From positions 256,001 to 320,000 of the forward strand of contig CAWKDB010000002.1 in NCBI GenBank assembly GCA_963848295.1: a DNA stretch of 64,000 nucleotides, read 5' to 3'. Origin of the DNA: an uncultured delta proteobacterium (GTDB lineage: Bacteria; Myxococcota_A; Polyangia; Haliangiales; Haliangiaceae). Of this stretch, positions 57,733 through 64,000 are shown one piece after another. The notes below the pieces were generated by a model that saw only the letters and a program-made list of their open reading frames with translations, ran no database searches and was not told the origin of the DNA. The first letter of the stretch is position 1, and every line of letters begins with the position of its first letter. A program made the translations under genes and the position numbers.

Positions 57733-60700
57733 TCACTTGGAGTGCAGCGCCACGATCTCGCGTAGGTCAGGAACCGGCGCCGATGGGGTCCAGATCGTGG
57801 TCCCGTTGAAGTTTCGGAATACCACGTATCTCGAATTGGGCCCGATACCTACCAACGTCGCGTCATCTGCGATCTCCAGGGCATGGAAGGTATCCAGATC
57901 CCATACCCGAGCGGACGAATCGACCGAGGCGGTGACCAACAGCCCGCCCGCAATGAACCCCGCCGAAGACACCATGTTGGTATGACCCTCGAGCACGCTG
58001 ACTCGCCGCAAGCTCGCCGCGTCCCACACCGGCAACGACACCGCCCCGATGCCGATGAGGAAGCGGCCGTCGGGCGAAAGTATGATCCCGCCGAGATCGG
58101 CGGCGTCGGTGTTACCGATAGGCGCGCCATCTGCGGCGGACCATGCCCGGAGACGCTGATCGCTGGTGAGCGCGAACACGCGGCCGGCGTGCGCGTCGAC
58201 GGCAACGTCCATGGCGACCGCGCCTTCGCCGCTCAAGACCAGCGGCGCCGCGTCCGCGCCAAGGCCTTGCAGCACTACCGCTGCCCTTGAGTCGGTCGTC
58301 CTCGCGAACACGCGATCGGCCGTGACGAAGCCAAGCCGGACGATGCCGGCGCGCAGGCGCGGCAGCGCCCGCGGTCTCGCGCCGTTACCCGCCGAGAGAT
58401 CCGTGACCGACCAGGTGCCGTCGTCGCCGCCGATCACCACGCGTTCGCGCTCGCCGAATGCGACCGCGGCCACGCTCGCCGCGCTCGGGATCGTCGCGAT
58501 CAGCTGACAGGTCGCCGCGTTCCAGACGCGCGCCTCGCGCTCCGCGATCCCGGCGACGACGATCCGATTCCCGCCCGGCTCCCACGCGACGCGGGTCAGG
58601 ATAGCCCCGTTACCGGCCAGGCGGCATGGCGGCGACCCGGGCGCGCCCAGGTCGTGGAGCTCGAGCGAACCGTCGGCCGTTCCGAACGCGACACGATCGG
58701 TCCCCACCGCGATTACGCCCTCGCGCTCCGCGGGGATCTCCCGGTAGTGCGACGCCTTCGCGAGGTTCCACTCGACCACGCGGTGATCCCACGACGCGGT
58801 GGCGAGCGTGCGCCCATCCGGCGAGAACTTCATGTGTGCGATCCGATCCGTGTGCCCGTTGAGCTCGCCGGTACTCAGGCCAGAGGGCACCGACCACAGC
58901 CGGACACCGCCGTCGACGCTCGCGCTCGCGAGCGTGTCGTCTCGAGGCGAAAAGGCCTCTGCCCAGATCCCGGCATGGTGCGCCTGGAGTGTCGCGATCG
59001 GCTTGTTGGTGGCAACGTCCCAGAGCCAAACCGCGTTGTCGTCGCCGCCCGTCGCGAAGTGCTTGCCGTCATGGCTGAACACCACGACGTTGATCGTCTT
59101 GCCTTCGTGGGCGGGGTAGCGCGCGACCACGCGGCCCTCGCTCGAGACGAGCACGACCTCGCCGCTCTCGTCGGCGAACGCAACCCGATCGCCGCTCGGA
59201 CTCGCCGCTGCGACCTGGAGGTTCGATCCGATCTCGACGCGCGCGAGCTTGGCGAACGTGTGCGCATCCCACCACGTCACGACGCCCTCGGCTTGCCAGG
59301 TCACGATGCATTGGCCGCTGGCACAGAACGCCCCACCCGCGACGCCGTGGTCAACCAGCTTGGCCGCCAGCGCGCCGTCCCCGACGTTCCACACTCCGAC
59401 CCCCCGTCCGCTGGCGAGGAGCTGCGAGCCGTCCGCGCTGAACGCGAGGTCGTAGACGCGGGTGCCGGCGCCGGTGTCGATCGCGGCGACCGGCTGTTCG
59501 CTGGCGAGCGACCACACGTCGACGCGATGGTCGAGCTCGCCGCTCGCGAGCAGCTGGCCGTTGGGACTGTACGCTAGCGCGTACGTGGTTGACCCGGTCT
59601 TGAGCGACCGGATCGGTGCGTTGGTCGCGGTATTCCATTCGATCACCGCGCCGTCGTTCCCCGCCGTCGCTAGGCGCGCGCCGTCCGGGCTGAACGCGAC
59701 CGCGAACACCTTGTCCGAGTGCGCGGTCAGCACCGCGTCTTCGGCCGCGTGGTCCGCAGCGCCTCCTCGATCATGAACCTGCACCGCGGGCCCGGTGTCG
59801 CCCATGCTGGTACGCCATGGCGAGTGGCTCGAGCGCCTTGGACTTTTCGCCTTGAAGCATCAGCAGCCGACCGCGGTCGACGGTTGCGTCCAGCAACAGC
59901 TGCTGCGCCGCTCTGCTCGGAGCGTCGGGTCGCGCGATTGGCTACGACAGGCCGATGACGAACCGATGCAGCGAGCAGCGCGATGGCGGCGAGAGCGATT
60001 CGGATGCGTCGCCCGCGCGCGGATTCGGCGACGCTGGCCGCACCGAACTCGGCCTCCGCCGTCGTGACCGCCGACACGTTGCGCTTGTGCCAGAGCTGAT
60101 ACTCGGCGAGCGCGTCGCCGCGCCAGAAAGGCCCCGAGGCCGGTCCGCGATCGGCCCACTGCTTCGCGCCGATGCGCAGCTGGGCGTGAAACGTGAGCCT
60201 CGGCATCCTCGCGGCGCCATTCGGCGAGTCGAGGCCATGCCGACACGAGGGCCTCGTGGATGATCTCGACCGTGCCATCGCCGCGTTCGCTCTCCGCGGA
60301 GATGACGAGCCGCGACGAAATCAAGCGCTCGATCACCCTCCGACCTTCGGCCCCACCGCCGAGGAGCTGTTCTAACTCGTCACGTAGCAGTACCGCGCGC
60401 GTACCCTCGAACGTAACGAGATGGCGGAACATGGTCCGCACGACGGTTCGCTCTGACGTGGAAAGCGCCTCGACCGTCTCGTCCGCATGACGCGCCAAGG
60501 CGCCGGCAACCCCGCCGATCGCTTCATAGGCCTTGCGCGGTAACTGGCGAAAGTGCCGATCGCGTAGCTCCCACAAGCGCGAAGCCGCGAACGAGATCAG
60601 CGCCACAGCCGCGGGTGTGTCCGCGGCCTCGGCGACCATCCGCTCGGGCAGCGAGGGGTCGTCGAACTCGTAGCCAAGGCGGCGAGCCGGCTCGACGATG

Positions 60701-63046
60701 ACGCGCGAAAGTGCCTCCGCGTTCATGGGCCCGAGCAGATGCAGGCCACGAGCGAGCATCGCGTCAAAGCCCGGCAGCTGCTGGGCGCGAATCAAGAAGT
60801 CGTCCCGCAATGTGATGATCACGCGGAGCTTGCGGCCGGCGTCGCTGCCGAGCGCGAGCAACACTTGCGCGAACCGCTGGCGTTCGTCGTCGGCGCAGCC
60901 GAGTGTGAACAGCTCCTCGAACTGGTCCACGACAACGATGAGCCCGTCCTGGTCAGCCTCCTGCCGACGCGCGACGTCTCCCGCCAGGTCCGCAGGAGCA
61001 AGGTCGACGGACTCGGACAATCCGAGCTGCGCTAGCAACTGACGCAGCGGGGTGCGTCCGGGGCGTGTGGTGACCGAGTGCCATCCGGTCATCGCGGGAA
61101 CGACGCCGGCATTGACGAACGAGCTCTTGCCGACGCCCGATGGCCCGACAACGGCGACGAACGGCTCGAGGACAAGCCTGTTCACGAGGTGCTCGGTCTC
61201 GCGCTCGCGGCCGAGAAACAGCGCGGTGTCGCTCGGAATGTACGCCAACAAGCCGCGATACGGGCTCGCGTCGTCGACGACCGATGGATCCGACGGCGCG
61301 GGCGCGAACAACTGGGTGCCGAACCAATCCCACAGCTCGCTGTCGCGGTGCTCGAACCCATACTGCGGCACCACGAGCCGCGCCGCCGCTCCCTTCGGTC
61401 CGGCCAGCATGAAGAGATGCTCCGCGTGGCCGGGCACGGCGACGTGGACCTGGATCAGCGGCCATAGCGACAACAACGGCACACCCGTCGCATCGACGAT
61501 GACCGGACGGCCGTCCGGAACGCTGCGTTGCAGCGCGACGGATTCGACGCGGTCCACTGCGTGCACCCATCCAGGATTCAGCGCGGTCTCCGTGGCCGAC
61601 GGCGAGCTGGTAGTCGAGCAAGAACGCCAACGACCGAAGTAGCGCGGTGATGATGGGCAACTCGCGTGCGATCGCGATCGTCGCAGCGGCCTCCGATGTA
61701 TCGGTGAGCGCTTCCACGAGCGAGCCCTCGACCACCGCGGCAAACGCGTCGCTTTGGTGAATGAGAAGCGCGATTTCAGGAACCGGATACGCGTCCGGCA
61801 GGGTCGCGAACGGCTGCGTCAGTTGCCGCGCGAGTGAAATCCATCCCGCCGACGACAGACCATGGCGGCGCAGGTCGCGCAATAACTCTTGCGCTCGTGG
61901 CGAGTCCGCCTCGCCGCCGGAGCCCACGCGCGTTCGACAGGCGACGGCCAGGATCCCGACGAACCAGCAGGCGACGTGCGCGATCCCGCGCAGCGCCTCT
62001 CTTGCCTGGTGCGCGTTCTTCGCGGCGTCGTACGCCGTGACCGCATCCGCGAGCGGTCGCGGCGCACAAGTCAGGAACGCCTGCCGGATACCCTCCTCGA
62101 TCTGCGGCAGATCCGCGGTCTGCGTGCCGATGCCCGCGGCAACGCGAAACGCTTCCGCGAGCTCGAGCACATTGCCATAGCGGGCGTGAGCGGTCCTTGC
62201 GGTTGCCCGGCGGAGAACGATATCGAGGTCCGGGGAGAACCCATCACCGAGTGCCGGGATGGTCGATCGCGCATGGGCCCGCGCGATCTCCATCATGGTC
62301 TTGCCGGTAAACGCCAAACGACCGGTGAGCGTCTCGAACACGAGCGCCCCGATCGCGTATTGATCCGCGGCCGGTCCCGCGCTCGCCGGATCGACCCATA
62401 GCTCCGGCGCCATGTACGGCGGTGATCCGACGATCGTACCGCGCTGAGTCGTCGTGCTCGCTGGGCTATCCGGAAGCTCGTCGGAGCCTCGCTCGACCGC
62501 GGGGTGATCGTCGCCGATCGCTCGCGCGACTCCGAAATCGAGGAGTTTCGGGAGCAGACGTCCCGCGCGCGAGATCACCATCACGTTGTCGGGCTTGATG
62601 TCGCGGTGGATGATCCCTTGCTCGTGCGCCGTCTGGACGACCTCGCAGATGCGATCGAGCAACGGGATGAACCGCTCGAGGGGCATCGGCCCCTGCGCTT
62701 CCACGACGGCGCGCAGCGACGCGCCACGCACTAACTCCATCGCGATCCAGAACACGCCGTCGGGCTCGGCGCCGAAATCGTAGATGTGGGCCGCATAAGG
62801 ATGGTCGAATCGCGTCGCGAGCTTGGCCTCGCGTAGAAACCGCTGGACCCGCGTCTCGTCGAGACTGCCTTCGCGGAGAACCTTCACGATCGCTTCGCGC
62901 CCCAGCCCCGGCTGTTCGGCGAGATAGACGTCGCCGAATCCACCCGCGCCGACTTGTTCGCGCAACACGAAGCCGCCCAACGTTCGCGTCGTCAAGGCGC
63001 CCGGATGCCCGGCTCCTAGTCCCCCGGTCAACGCGCCGGTTGCCAC
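57733..63046 (-). CDS. Giant Ser/Thr kinase - helical domain - nSTAND1 NTPase - TM - WD40 protein (about 1770 aa if joined); several frameshifts
   Basis: Kinase GAGGFG, HRDIKPDN, DFG, YMAPE; nSTAND1 PYRGL, FLGRERE, GPSGVGKSS (Walker A), VVVDQFEELFT (Walker B), TLRDDF, IHEALVSAWPRL; many WD40 repeats (FSPDGARLATAGNDG, FSPDGRTLATASWD). Confidence 0.88.
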
Positions 63047-63074
63047 GTCGTCACGATACCACTCGCTGAATCAC

Positions 63075-64000
63075 TCAGAGCCCGCCAGGGAGCAGCAACT
63101 CGTTCCATCTCGGCTCTACGGGCTCGAGGCCCGCGATCAAGGCGAGGCCGACGCCGACCGCACCATCCCAGAAATCGAGTGGATCCGCGCTGTCGAGCCG
63201 CGAGTCGAGAGCGCGCTCGAGCCAGCGTCGCGCGCAGACGGCTTGTTGTTCAAGCCCGTCGCGCTGATACACCCGGTTGGACAGATGCCCGAGCCCGGCG
63301 GCCCCGTGACACATTCCCGCGTCCTCGACGCCAGCCTCGTCGGTACCGAGCGCCATCCAGCTATCGTTGATCTCGGCGATCTGATCGGGCGGCAGGGCAG
63401 CCGTGAGGGCCGCGGCTATCCCTGGCCGTCCGTAGCACCACGCCTCTCGGACTCCGTGCCGTCGCGTTGCGTCGACCCATAGCGGAAACGACCCGTCGGA
63501 GTTGCGCCACGATAGCAACCACCGGGTCGCGGCATCGCGCAGCGGCACCGCGCCGTCGGGAACGTCAGGGCGCGCCGAGATCCGCGTCAGTAATGCGATC
63601 ACGGCGGGTACGCCGTGTGCGACGCCGCAGTTGTACATCCCCTGGGGCCACTCGGCGGCTACCGGCGCAGGTAGCAGTGCAGGAGACGTGTGCCAGGTCG
63701 CGCCTCGCTCGGTGAGGCGCGCGCGAGCCTTCAAGTGATCGACGATCCGTGAGAGTCCAGGCGCGACCGCCGCCGTGTCACCGCGAGCGAGCAAATAGCC
63801 GCCGAATCCAACGAGACCCGCGTGAAAGTCATAAGGCACAGCATCGTCCGGCGGACCGGCGAGCACGGCCAACACGGCGTCGTCGGTCGCGGTAAGCACC
63901 TCATCGACATCGTCGGCTACCTGCCCTGCAACCCAGGCGGCAAACGCTAGCCCGCGCGTGAATGACAGCGAGTCCGGGCCACGCGTGAAGACGGCTTCAA
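63075..64000 (-). CDS. lanC: Lanthionine synthetase C-like cyclase (5' end outside window)
   Basis: Frame open to the window edge; YDFHAGLVG, GVAHG (catalytic His), AWCYG and GMCHGAAG (Zn ligands), GAVGVGLAL. Confidence 0.9.
   Translation of the reverse strand, partial: EAVFTRGPDSLSFTRGLAFAAWVAGQVADDVDEVLTATDDAVLAVLAGPPDDAVPYDFHAGLVGFGGYLLARGDTAAVAPGLSRIVDHLKARARLTERGATWHTSPALLPAPVAAEWPQGMYNCGVAHGVPAVIALLTRISARPDVPDGAVPLRDAATRWLLSWRNSDGSFPLWVDATRRHGVREAWCYGRPGIAAALTAALPPDQIAEINDSWMALGTDEAGVEDAGMCHGAAGLGHLSNRVYQRDGLEQQAVCARRWLERALDSRLDSADPLDFWDGAVGVGLALIAGLEPVEPRWNELLLPGGL

Overview
Very GC-rich bacterial DNA whose gene content (several Ser/Thr kinases, PEGA proteins, a GKAD-motif lipoprotein, many other lipoproteins) suggests Myxococcota; this is inference, not a taxonomic placement. 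Housekeeping genes (glyA, coaBC, a gabD-like dehydrogenase, infA, glgP, Smr protein, dacB, acs, RidA, tRNA-Val(CAC), NUDIX, a sigma70 factor) are interleaved with accessory genes. Many genes are split by small indels, most likely long-read errors, so several calls join ORF-track fragments. Highlights: (1) a rhodanese lipoprotein with an in-frame UGA followed by a GGUC-loop SECIS-like hairpin, a probable selenoprotein that the ORF track truncates; (2) a lanthipeptide-type locus at the right edge in which a LanC-like cyclase and a double-glycine precursor flank a giant kinase-nSTAND1-WD40 gene, with a convergent luciferase-like monooxygenase; (3) a transposase-less cassette holding a four-helix-bundle (IVP/Avd-like) gene between inverted hexamer-repeat arms, at a duplicated CTAG site that supplies both neighbours' stop codons; (4) a putative porin plus 13-heme cytochrome pair; (5) an atypical Hsp70 / HPD-less J-like / membrane protein operon; (6) REP-like intergenic repeats.
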